DNA from: a virus
Taxonomy: Duplodnaviria > Caudoviricetes
Direction: 5' to 3' (one strand)
IMG/VR virus record: IMGVR_UViG_3300046010_010196
Location: 1 to 42,183 of that record
DNA length: 42,183 nucleotides
In this document: piece by piece, positions 17,721-26,585 of the stretch
Numbering within the stretch: the first letter of the stretch is position 1
How the letters are laid out: every line of letters begins with the position of its first letter
Position numbers and translations under genes: made by a program
The notes under the pieces: model-generated
What the model was told of the DNA's origin: nothing
What the model saw: the letters and a program-made list of their open reading frames with translations, nothing else
Databases searched by the model: none

Positions 17721-18026
17721 ATGTCTGCTGGATATGTTTTCTCGGTTCGCACCGATTGGAGTGCGGGCAGTCTTCAGTATGTAAGTACAGCGAGCGGCTC
17801 GGCAGTCCTGACCGTGTCGGCAACCGCCCTCACTCTCGGTGACGGCTACAACATCGCCGCCGGGACAACGACTGGAACTCAAATCGGGACGGCCGCAGCT
17901 CAGAAGCTCGGCTTCTTTGGCAAGACTCCGCGTGTCCAGTGTGCGAAGGCCAGCTTCAATAACTGGTCAGCGACTTCAGACGTTGTTGCGGCCTTGGTTG
18001 CTTTGGGCTTGTTCGACACTGCGTAG
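17721..18026 (+). CDS. Putative head fibre/decoration protein
   Basis: GTTTGTQIGTAAAQKLGFFG.TP...LVALGL motif seen in small head accessory proteins. Confidence 0.55.
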   Translation: MSAGYVFSVRTDWSAGSLQYVSTASGSAVLTVSATALTLGDGYNIAAGTTTGTQIGTAAAQKLGFFGKTPRVQCAKASFNNWSATSDVVAALVALGLFDTA

Positions 18027-18095
18027 ATTTCGTAAAAAGCATTGTATGGGGGCCGGTGAGTGCCGGCCCTGTACAGTGTGAAGTGCGAGGTCGAC

Positions 18096-18578
18096 ATGGC
18101 AGGCTTAAAGAATCAAGTTCAAGGCGATGAAGTATCTAACGTAAGCGAGCTGGAGCCGGTTGCTCTTAGTTTGTTTTCTATGATGCTCGCCTCAAACACA
18201 AGCTACGAAACAGAAACAATCGCGGCACGGGCTTTCTCGGCCGCGAAAGTTTTTGTCGAGGAGTCTCGGCGAATTAAAGAGGGTGGTAAGGTTTGGTCTG
18301 AGCCAAAGAATCGGAAGATTCAAATTTGGATTCACGCTCACGACCCTGTGACCGACCAGCCATCTTACGGTGAAAACGGGGAGCCCATCTGGTACGAAAG
18401 CCAAGGCGACCCTTACAGCTATGCTCCGAACAAGAAGCCGGAGCACCCTGTTAATCAGGCTTTCTATCTGGCTCGGCACGAACTCGGGATGGAGATTCCA
18501 GAGCGATACAAGTCTGCTCTCAAGTCTGCCCTCTCAGAGCGAGAAGGCCGAGTCTTTGTCAGCTCCAAGGGGAACTAA
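18096..18578 (+). CDS. Hypothetical protein (head-neck region)
   Basis: GAGG SD before ATG 18096; abuts the next gene. Confidence 0.6.
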   Translation: MAGLKNQVQGDEVSNVSELEPVALSLFSMMLASNTSYETETIAARAFSAAKVFVEESRRIKEGGKVWSEPKNRKIQIWIHAHDPVTDQPSYGENGEPIWYESQGDPYSYAPNKKPEHPVNQAFYLARHELGMEIPERYKSALKSALSEREGRVFVSSKGN

Positions 18579-19241
18579 GTGGCGATTTCTACGGTTGCTG
18601 AATACAAGCAGTTGATGCAGATTACGACATCGGTCGATGATGCTTTGATTGCAGCAGCTCTCGATAACGCTACGGCGATTATTGAGCAGAACGCTACCTC
18701 CATGCTGTTTACGTCTCAGACGATTACTGAGTATTACAGCGGGTGCGGAAGAGCTTCTTTAGTGCTACGAAGTCGCCCGGTGACGTCAATCTCTAGTCTT
18801 TACTACGATGACACCGGGTACTTTGGAGCGGCTTCTGGATTCGGTGCGAGCACTCTCCTGACAAGTGGAGTGGATTACGTTCTCGACCTCACCAAGCCCG
18901 GCATTTCAATGACCGGGATGGTTCGCCGAATCAATGGAGTCTGGGGCCGCAGTAGGGTTAGAACTGGAAGTGACTTGGTTGGATACTCGGAGCCCGGCCT
19001 AGGTAACATCAAGATTACCTACACAGCCGGATACGACGGGGTTACATTTCAGGTCCCTTCAAATATAAAGCTGCTCAACAACCTGCTTGCCCGGCAGATT
19101 ATTCGGATTGCCCCTACAGCCGGCTCTCCAATCAACAGCGAGTCATTCGAGTACTACTCATACTCACTGCGAGCAGAGAGCCCCGGAGATTTCGCAACTA
19201 TCGAGAGCTTGATGGGTGCCATTAAGGAGTACGTGTTCTGA
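18579..19241 (+). CDS. Head-tail adaptor (gp6/gp15-like)
   Basis: TVAEYKQL...DDALI, LRSRPVTSISSL, NIKITYTAGY, SESFEYYSYS. Confidence 0.8.
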   Translation: MAISTVAEYKQLMQITTSVDDALIAAALDNATAIIEQNATSMLFTSQTITEYYSGCGRASLVLRSRPVTSISSLYYDDTGYFGAASGFGASTLLTSGVDYVLDLTKPGISMTGMVRRINGVWGRSRVRTGSDLVGYSEPGLGNIKITYTAGYDGVTFQVPSNIKLLNNLLARQIIRIAPTAGSPINSESFEYYSYSLRAESPGDFATIESLMGAIKEYVF

Positions 19242-19606
19242 TGGACATTACACAGCTTTCCAGAATCCCGGGCATGCTCCCGCGGGAGTGTAAGACTACT
19301 GGCTTGTACTACAAGAGAACCGGTGCTGGAGTTTACGGTGCCGGTGCGGATATCGGTGACATCGAGGTCCGCCCTCTATCGAAAGACGAGACGAAAGAGC
19401 CGGCTTCGTTTGCAATCAACAACCGAAGGAACTTTTCGGTGTGGCAGAAGCACCTCAACACGGTGGGGATTGACGGGCCGAAGATTGGCGACAAGCTCAC
19501 CATTCCAGCTAGTGCAGGCGACTCCGGGGAGGCTTGGATTGTGGACGGAATCACCACGTCTCTCATGGGAGTTCGGCATACGCTGAACTGTTCGAGGATG
19601 AGGTAG
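19241..19606 (+). CDS. Putative head closure/stopper protein
   Basis: Position after the adaptor; PKIGDKL...W.V beta-barrel-like pattern. Confidence 0.6.
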   Translation: MDITQLSRIPGMLPRECKTTGLYYKRTGAGVYGAGADIGDIEVRPLSKDETKEPASFAINNRRNFSVWQKHLNTVGIDGPKIGDKLTIPASAGDSGEAWIVDGITTSLMGVRHTLNCSRMR

Positions 19607-19608
19607 CA

Positions 19609-20049
19609 ATGGCCGACAAGTACGACTTCCTGCAAGGAAAGATGATTGTCGACGCCCTAGAAGCATTCGTGGCTAAGGGCGATTTCAAGGAGGCGTTCGA
19701 GCTTTGCAAGGACCATATTGAAGAGAACTTCTGGCAGATATTCCAGTCAGCAGTAGACTCGGAAGGCGAGCCGTGGCCAGAGCATGCCCCCTCTACAGTT
19801 GCTTCGATGGGCGAGCACGACCTGCTTGTGGATACTGGTGCCCTGCTTCAGTCGATGACTGACCAAGGAAACTACACCATTTCAGATAGATACATGGTCG
19901 CCTCTTGCGACTTGCCGTACGCTGAGTACCAGAACTTCGGCACGGGAAACATTCCTCCCCGGGAGTTTATGTATCTGCGAGATGACACGATAGACAAAAT
20001 AATGGAGACCATTTACTCTTACGTCCTTCTGAAGTACGGGGAGATGTAA
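19609..20049 (+). CDS. Virion morphogenesis / tail completion protein (Mu gpG-like)
   Basis: GEPW...APST, LVDTGALLQS, YAEYQNFGT..IPPREF. Confidence 0.8.
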   Translation: MADKYDFLQGKMIVDALEAFVAKGDFKEAFELCKDHIEENFWQIFQSAVDSEGEPWPEHAPSTVASMGEHDLLVDTGALLQSMTDQGNYTISDRYMVASCDLPYAEYQNFGTGNIPPREFMYLRDDTIDKIMETIYSYVLLKYGEM

Positions 20050-20771
20050 TGGCTGTTTCTTGGACTGACAACAAAGACGGGACCGGAGTGACCGTAACAG
20101 TCTCCGGGGTTGGAGCTTTTGACGTCACGGATGTCTACGTGCACCCATTCTCTGGCGGTTTCGGGAGAGGAGAACGCTGGACTCAGACAGACTCGATACT
20201 CGGGAACAGCTCGGTAGTTTTAGACTTTGGCAGGGGCCATTACTTCGGGTATACGGAGATGTCCGGCGTCCGCTCCCCGGTCGTATACTTCAATATCACC
20301 GAGACGGACGAGTCAACTCACTACCAGATTCTGGAAGCAGTACAAAGCCGTATAATTGCGGTAAATCTGGATGAGGTTGGAGCTAACGTCTTAATCCGTA
20401 AAATACCGACTGAACGCGGAAACGACGACTCGACCTACGCCTATCCTGTGATTATGGTATCCCCGATGGGAACCGAGCAGCTCAGGGGAGGCACCAACCG
20501 CCGAGACGACGTTGGCTACCCTGTTCTGGTTTCTATCTTAGCCAAGAACAACCAAGACTTATCAGAGACGAACCTTAATAAGTTTCTGCTCTGGCGAGAG
20601 AGGTTGTCCGCAGCTTTTAGAGGAGACCAGCAGCTACAGCTAACCGGCATTCAAGTACATAAAACCAATGTAGAGCCCGGCCCGGTTCTAAGTCCAACCG
20701 CGGTTTGGAACAATCAATTTCAGTGCTCACTCACAATTAGGTGCGAGGCTCGCCAAGCGCGAGGATTCTAA
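20049..20771 (+). CDS. Putative tail terminator protein with an N-terminal extra domain
   Basis: Position before the tail tube gene; C-terminal YPVIMVS...DDVGYPVLV alpha/beta pattern. Confidence 0.55.
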   Translation: MAVSWTDNKDGTGVTVTVSGVGAFDVTDVYVHPFSGGFGRGERWTQTDSILGNSSVVLDFGRGHYFGYTEMSGVRSPVVYFNITETDESTHYQILEAVQSRIIAVNLDEVGANVLIRKIPTERGNDDSTYAYPVIMVSPMGTEQLRGGTNRRDDVGYPVLVSILAKNNQDLSETNLNKFLLWRERLSAAFRGDQQLQLTGIQVHKTNVEPGPVLSPTAVWNNQFQCSLTIRCEARQARGF

Positions 20772-21727
20772 TGGCAGAAGTATACGGCGATGTAGCAATC
20801 AGTACGCTCGGCAAGCTCGCCATGATTTATGAGGGCACTGGCGGGGCGAACGAGGTGACAGACAATCTCGGGTACGACGGGACTGTGGCTGTCGGAGACT
20901 TCGCCTCAGCAACTCAGTTTGAGTTTTTGAGTGAAAGCATTTCAAAGCAGGAGCCGATGCAGTACAACGGAGGAATCCGTGGTACTCGCTCCAGAAACTG
21001 CGAGCGGGTCCGCAAGGCTGCAACTATCGTGCAGGGCTCGATTGAAATGACCCCTACGCCTTTGGAGCTAGACAAGCTCCTTTACTGGGTCACGGGAACC
21101 GCATCTACTCCATTCGCCCTGACGGAACTGGTTCCAACTATTGCAATCATCGTCGACCGCAGTGCACAGCGATTCATGTACCCCGGATGCAAGATTGGGC
21201 AATTCTCCATCGGCGGTCAGCAAGGCGGATTGATACGGACACAGCTGGGGATTATCGGAAAGCAGGAGTTTGTCACGGCAAGTGCCTTCCCAACTTTGAC
21301 CATTGACAACAAAGAGCCTTATGTGTTTTCCGAGGCCGTGTTTGCCTATGGTGGTGATACTTACGAAATCAACTCCTTCGAAATCACCATCGACCACGGC
21401 ATCGACACGAGCCGGCAGATGAATTCTCTCTATCGCCGGCGTCTCCCGGCCGGAGACCGTTCAGTCCAGCTACAGCTTGGGTTCCCGTACAGTGTTAATG
21501 TGTTCGAAGATTTCAATAACTTAGCAGAAGAGGGAATCGACGGTGCTACGCTCACGGTGACCAACGGGACCGTTTCGTTTACCGCGACATTCGGCAACCT
21601 GAAGGCCGACAACCAAACACCAGTGAACGGTGGCCGAGGCTCTGAGATTATGATGCCGGTGCAGTTCACGGCTTACAAGAAATCGTCCACGATGGAAGTA
21701 TCCTTCGCGAACGACAGTACCCCTTAG
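20771..21727 (+). CDS. Major tail tube protein
   Basis: FEFLSESI, GIRGTRSR, VQGSIEM, YPGCKI..FSI, FEITIDH motifs; lies upstream of the chaperone and tape measure genes. Confidence 0.8.
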   Translation: MAEVYGDVAISTLGKLAMIYEGTGGANEVTDNLGYDGTVAVGDFASATQFEFLSESISKQEPMQYNGGIRGTRSRNCERVRKAATIVQGSIEMTPTPLELDKLLYWVTGTASTPFALTELVPTIAIIVDRSAQRFMYPGCKIGQFSIGGQQGGLIRTQLGIIGKQEFVTASAFPTLTIDNKEPYVFSEAVFAYGGDTYEINSFEITIDHGIDTSRQMNSLYRRRLPAGDRSVQLQLGFPYSVNVFEDFNNLAEEGIDGATLTVTNGTVSFTATFGNLKADNQTPVNGGRGSEIMMPVQFTAYKKSSTMEVSFANDSTP

Positions 21728-21751
21728 TTTTTAGTTTTAGTGAGGTGAGAA

Positions 21752-22192
21752 GTGGCTAGTGCTTTTATTGAAGGTGTCGAAGAGGGTTATCTGGCTGGGG
21801 TCGACGGTCTGCATGAGGCCGTCGAGTTCACATTCTCCCCGTTGCTCGTGGAGGAGCGGAGCCAGTTCATCGACAAGATTGACAAGTGCAAGGACCGTGC
21901 ACAGCAAGACCGAGTTTCAGCGATGGAGCTGGAGCGTCTGATTAAGAGCTGGAGCTTCACCAAGGCGGATGGCTCTGCTGTACAGATTACAGCAAAGAAT
22001 ATCCTTCGGCTGAAGTTTCATGTATTCAACGAGCTTCAGGCGATTATTATCTTCGGCTCCCGCGGGAGCGACACGAAGCCTTCAGTGTCACTTGAAGAGA
22101 AGATTGAGACGGACCGTACTGAAATCGTCAGTGCACTTGCAGGCTCGAACCTCAACGACGAAGTCGAGGAGTCTCGAAGAAAAAACTCGTAA
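21752..22192 (+). CDS. Tail assembly chaperone (gpG-like)
   Basis: Between tube and tape measure; ends in the in-frame slippery heptamer A AAA AAC. Confidence 0.8.
   Translation: MASAFIEGVEEGYLAGVDGLHEAVEFTFSPLLVEERSQFIDKIDKCKDRAQQDRVSAMELERLIKSWSFTKADGSAVQITAKNILRLKFHVFNELQAIIIFGSRGSDTKPSVSLEEKIETDRTEIVSALAGSNLNDEVEESRRKNS
22180..22186 (+). other. Programmed -1 frameshift site (A AAA AAC)
   Basis: X XXY YYZ heptamer in the correct phase, one sense codon before the stop; the -1 frame is open to 22575. Confidence 0.85.
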
Positions 22193-22575
22193 ACGGTCTG
22201 AGTCTTCTTCTGGAGAACCCAGAACTAGCACTTAGGCCGTGTTCGGAATGCTCTCAATACGTCTACGGCGACAAGGGAGAGGGCCCTGTCTACAGGCTGG
22301 GGAAAAAGGTCAAAAGGGCCGGGCCCCCTCCGTGCTGGTCATGCCCAAAGAAGAGCCCGGACCGTGCTCACGAATTTGAGCTGTCGAAACACGGGCGTGA
22401 AATCTATAATCTTTACCGCAAGGTAAAGGCCACCTCCGGTGCGTGTCTAACTGAAGAACAAAGAAATAGCTCTGTGCTGGCTGAACGTCTTGCACTGGTA
22501 GATTCTATTGTAGAGGCGGATAAAACGCTAAAGCTTGCGAGACAAGTTTCGGCCGGAGTTAGGACAGTTGGATAA
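22186..22575 (+). CDS. Frameshift-extended tail chaperone (gpT part of gpGT)
   Basis: The -1 frame reads LVNGLSLLLENPELALRPCSEC...PPPCWSCPK...VSAGVRTVG-stop; not in the ORF track. Confidence 0.8.
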   Translation, partial: LVNGLSLLLENPELALRPCSECSQYVYGDKGEGPVYRLGKKVKRAGPPPCWSCPKKSPDRAHEFELSKHGREIYNLYRKVKATSGACLTEEQRNSSVLAERLALVDSIVEADKTLKLARQVSAGVRTVG

Positions 22576-24595
22576 GAACTTAAACTTAATCCTGAACTTG
22601 ACCGAGGGCCCGGAGACAAAGTCTACCTCGCAGAAAGTCAACGACTCTCTCGGGCAGATGCACCGGACACTCGGAGACGTCAAGAGCTCTGCATCTGAAG
22701 TCCTTAGGCTACAAACCGCACTGGTAGAGAAAGAGAAGGAGCTACAAAAACTACGGAGCGACCGGGCCGCTGCTGTAGCGTCGGGAAAAAGTACTGCTGC
22801 GATAGACGCTCGGGGAGCTGCACTTACCTCGCAGAAAAGGTTGACCGAGTCAGCACTCGGCACTGCAAAGGCTGGGTTTGACGACTCGAAGGCTCGGCTC
22901 CAGCAAAGCAGAAACATCTGGGAAAAAGAAACGGCTATATACGAGAGGGAGCAGGAGAAGAGGGCTCAAGCAGAGGCCCGTGCTTACAAGAAATCCGAGA
23001 AGGAGCGAGAGAAGTTTATAAATGCAGCCAAGCAGACGCTGACCGGGCTTATTTCTCTGGCAGAGTCCGCCGCTCTCGCTTACGCTTCCGTGATGCACGT
23101 AGACGACAAAAACGTCAAGGCTTGGTTGCAGTGGTTTGCAGCAATTAAATCTGTGGGCCAAGCAATCAGCGGAGTGTTCGGTGTCTACAAAGGCATCAAT
23201 TCGCTAATCAAGACGATTGCAGCGTCTCGGGCTCTGGACACTGCGGCAACGGCTGCAAACACAAAAGCTCAAGCACAGAACGCCACCGCGGCCGCGGCAG
23301 CGTGCGCCGCAAAGAGTTGTCCCGGTGGTGGCTGCACTCCAGCAGGGGGTGCTCCTCCAGTTGCAGGCCCCGCAGGGAAGGGCTTTTTTGCTGCTAGGGC
23401 AACTCCTTGGGCGTTGACTAAATTTGCCGGAGCGGTTGGTGCCGGATTCGCTCTCGGAGAAAGCTTTAACTATCTCCGCACGGGAGAGACCCTTACTTCA
23501 GCTTCGATGGGTGCTTGGAATGCCAGAACGGAGATGTTCAAGTCCGGGCAAAAAACCGAGGACTTGGAAGTCGCCACGCGGATGCGTCGTGACTTCAAGA
23601 GCAACCGAAGCTACAACCAAGAGTTGGACTACGGCCAGATTAACCTGAGAAGGGAAAACGAGGATAACAATCAGGGAGTCCGCGAAAGATTATCATCCCG
23701 GATGAAGCTAAACGCAGACGGCGTTGCGAGGGGCGTTTTCCGGCAGGTCGATGTATCTGGAAGAGACTTAGACAGAAGAATCGCAAACGCCGACACGGCT
23801 TACAATCAAGCCTTTAGGGCCGGAGACTCTGCGAGCAGGTCTGCAGATACTGAGACGAGAGCCAACGGGCAGAAGATGCTCATCGAGGCCGAGGACCAGC
23901 TAATAAAGAAGATGGAGCTGGAGATTGAGAAGAAGCAGAGAGCTCTGGATAAAGAGGCGAGAGCACAAGAAAAAATCTTAAAAGATGCAGAGAAGTTCCA
24001 CGAAGCCAACCTGAAATGGCTGGACAAGGCGAACCAAAAACTCGACAAGGCCAATGCTAGGTTCGACTCGATGGAGTCAGGGCTCGGAGGCATGTCCCGG
24101 TCGAAGGGCAAGAAGGCTATCGGCCTTTACGAAAGATTCCGTACTGGCGACACAGATGGGATGACCACTCGCGACTTGGACTTAATACAGCAGTCCGGGT
24201 TGATTGACCCGTCCAACGAAGACTCTATGAATCGGATGCGAGATGCTCGCGGAAGGCTGCTTCGTGATAAGTATGACTCAACGCCCGGTGACGGTGGTGT
24301 GATTGACCAGACAATCCAGAGGAGAGAGGCGGCAGTTAAGGACAAGAAGAACGCTGCCGAAGGCGTGAATTTATCATTCGACCCGCTAATCATAGAGCAG
24401 GCCATCACCGTTGACCTTAAGACAGCTCAAGAAGAGCAGATAAACGAATACATAGAAAAGCTTCGACCCGCAATAGAAGATGCACTCAAGAGAAGGGACG
24501 CATTGATTATCGACTCGTTCACAGACAAGAAAATTCAAGAGCTCATCCAAGAAGAACTGCAAAGGCTTGAAAGGGAGAGGGAGGCACAGCAATAA
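22568..24595 (+). CDS. Tape measure protein
   Basis: Long helical, Ala-rich coiled-coil protein with hydrophobic segments after the G/GT chaperones; TTG start at 22568 with GGAG/AGGA upstream (ORF track gives 22535). Confidence 0.8.
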   Translation: MDKNLNLILNLTEGPETKSTSQKVNDSLGQMHRTLGDVKSSASEVLRLQTALVEKEKELQKLRSDRAAAVASGKSTAAIDARGAALTSQKRLTESALGTAKAGFDDSKARLQQSRNIWEKETAIYEREQEKRAQAEARAYKKSEKEREKFINAAKQTLTGLISLAESAALAYASVMHVDDKNVKAWLQWFAAIKSVGQAISGVFGVYKGINSLIKTIAASRALDTAATAANTKAQAQNATAAAAACAAKSCPGGGCTPAGGAPPVAGPAGKGFFAARATPWALTKFAGAVGAGFALGESFNYLRTGETLTSASMGAWNARTEMFKSGQKTEDLEVATRMRRDFKSNRSYNQELDYGQINLRRENEDNNQGVRERLSSRMKLNADGVARGVFRQVDVSGRDLDRRIANADTAYNQAFRAGDSASRSADTETRANGQKMLIEAEDQLIKKMELEIEKKQRALDKEARAQEKILKDAEKFHEANLKWLDKANQKLDKANARFDSMESGLGGMSRSKGKKAIGLYERFRTGDTDGMTTRDLDLIQQSGLIDPSNEDSMNRMRDARGRLLRDKYDSTPGDGGVIDQTIQRREAAVKDKKNAAEGVNLSFDPLIIEQAITVDLKTAQEEQINEYIEKLRPAIEDALKRRDALIIDSFTDKKIQELIQEELQRLEREREAQQ

Positions 24596-25302
24596 TGTAT
24601 CTGAAATATGGAAGCTATACTCACGCTCTCGACGAGGCGTCCGTCGTAATCCAGAAGACTCCGCGCTTCAGCAAGTCTGGTTCAATGACCGGCTACGACG
24701 AGGTGTGGAGGATATCAGGAAAGATACACGGGACTGATGTATCTGATTTAACCACCAAGCTGACCGAGCTGGAGCGGGCGTATTCATCAACAAACCAGAA
24801 TGCGTATCTGCTCACGGATGCTCTCGGGACAACTGCTCACAGTATCATCTCTTCCGAAACGGCCAGTGGGGTAAAGGTCACGTCTTTCGGCTACCCACAG
24901 GGAGATGGGGCGGAGTATGTAAACTTCCGGACCTATGAGATTATACTGGAGGCCAAGAAGGACGCCAGCGAAAGCAACAACGGCGGAGACAAGGGAAACA
25001 CGATTTCCTTCAGCCAGCAGATTTCCATTTCGGGAACTGGTGGTCCTCAGTTCGTTGTAAGGACCCCGAGGTATGGACCGCCGATTCTGCAGCAAGTTTC
25101 CCGGGCTTCTCCTATTACGATAAGCCAATCGGGCAATGCACTCGGCTACAAGTATTACCCGAACCCGGAACCGCCTTTGTATCCGCAGTATCTGATGCCG
25201 GAAAGCCATACTGTTTCAAGGCAGAGTCCGCAAGAAGACACGAAAGAGGGAAAGCGTAACTTTCCGATTAACTGGTCCTACAATTTTATTATGGTGCGAT
25301 AA
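24595..25302 (+). CDS. Putative distal tail protein
   Basis: Follows the tape measure gene, stop-start coupled, beta-rich. Confidence 0.55.
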   Translation: MYLKYGSYTHALDEASVVIQKTPRFSKSGSMTGYDEVWRISGKIHGTDVSDLTTKLTELERAYSSTNQNAYLLTDALGTTAHSIISSETASGVKVTSFGYPQGDGAEYVNFRTYEIILEAKKDASESNNGGDKGNTISFSQQISISGTGGPQFVVRTPRYGPPILQQVSRASPITISQSGNALGYKYYPNPEPPLYPQYLMPESHTVSRQSPQEDTKEGKRNFPINWSYNFIMVR

Positions 25303-26585
25303 TGGCGACACGAGTTTGGATTGGTGCAGTGCGACCCGTTGCACAGGTGACCCAGTGGCTGTTCGGTGCGACGTGGGAAGCGGACGACATCGTAAACATA
25401 ACAATCGGGAGCAAGGCAGTTTCGGTTACTACCGGTTCCGCAACCATTACAACACTTTTAGATACGATTGTTTCCGCACTTAACGCTGCTGACGACGGGG
25501 AGTTCGCGGAGATTACTTGGTCCCGCTCTGGAAATTACCTAGTAGGAACAGCAGACGAGGCCGGGGTCCCATTTACGTGCACGGTGTCGAGCACTGAGGC
25601 CGGCGGCGGAGCAGCGGATGCTCAGAGGATTGACGGGGCGACAAGCTCCTCCGGGACTGCGACGACAGCCTGTACCGGGCCAAACTTCGCGAACGTGGCC
25701 GGGAACTGGTCTGGAGCTACGCTCCCGGTCGACACCGACACCGTAATCTTCGCTGACAGCTCCGTAGACTGCTTGTACGGGCTTGATAATAACGGGGTGA
25801 CCCCTGCTGAGGTTATTTTCGATAGCTCGTTTACGGGCAACGTAGGGCTTCCTGTGTACAACGAAAATGGGTACTACGAATACCGCGACCGCTTCCTGAA
25901 GTACTGCAACTCCGGTGACGCTGCGACTACTCTGGTTACCGTTGGGCAGGGAAGCTCTGCCGGCTCGGGGCGAATCAAGCTGAACGCCGGAACCGGCCGA
26001 TGTACTGTGACTGTGCTGAAGACGAGCTCGCCTCAAGAAGATGGCGAGATGGCCTTTGAGTTTCTCGGGACTCATGCTTCAAACGAGGTGAATGTAAGCC
26101 GGGGTAGTGTTGGCCTTGCAAACTCTGCCGGCTCTGCCGCGACGATTTCAACTCTTCGCATTGGATACATAGACTCGGTCGACAGTGACTCTGACGTCCT
26201 GTGCGGCACCGGGGCGACCCTGACGACTGTTACGCAAACCGGCGGAGAAGCGGAGACACGCTCTAACATTACCACTCTTACCCTGAACGGTGGGACTCAT
26301 ATCAGGAACGCCGGCACGACAACGACTGCGACCGTGAACGGAGGAGAGCTGATTTACAACACGACCGGGACACTTTCGACACTTGTAGTCGCAAACGGCG
26401 GCAAGGCGAACTTCTCTGGAGACCTTCGGCCGAAGACGGTTTCCAGTCTGACGGTAAACTCTGGAGCGGCCCTTCTTGAGCCTCATGGTGTGGTGACGTA
26501 TTCAGGTGGGATTGTGTTCTCTCGATGCCGGCCAGAAGACGTTGAATGGCAGGCACCAATCAATAAGACTTGGACGCCTACATAA
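25302..26585 (+). CDS. Tail-associated structural protein with a C-terminal beta-helix-like region
   Basis: Thr/Gly/Ser-rich with repeats TLTLNGG, ATVNGG, LVVANGG, LTVNSG. Confidence 0.6.
   Translation: MATRVWIGAVRPVAQVTQWLFGATWEADDIVNITIGSKAVSVTTGSATITTLLDTIVSALNAADDGEFAEITWSRSGNYLVGTADEAGVPFTCTVSSTEAGGGAADAQRIDGATSSSGTATTACTGPNFANVAGNWSGATLPVDTDTVIFADSSVDCLYGLDNNGVTPAEVIFDSSFTGNVGLPVYNENGYYEYRDRFLKYCNSGDAATTLVTVGQGSSAGSGRIKLNAGTGRCTVTVLKTSSPQEDGEMAFEFLGTHASNEVNVSRGSVGLANSAGSAATISTLRIGYIDSVDSDSDVLCGTGATLTTVTQTGGEAETRSNITTLTLNGGTHIRNAGTTTTATVNGGELIYNTTGTLSTLVVANGGKANFSGDLRPKTVSSLTVNSGAALLEPHGVVTYSGGIVFSRCRPEDVEWQAPINKTWTPT

Noticed and set aside
18043-18075. Intergenic hairpin TGTATGGGGGCCGG...CCGGCCCTGTACA
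   Set aside because: No plus-strand U tract; it may stabilise mRNA but cannot be called a terminator or ncRNA.
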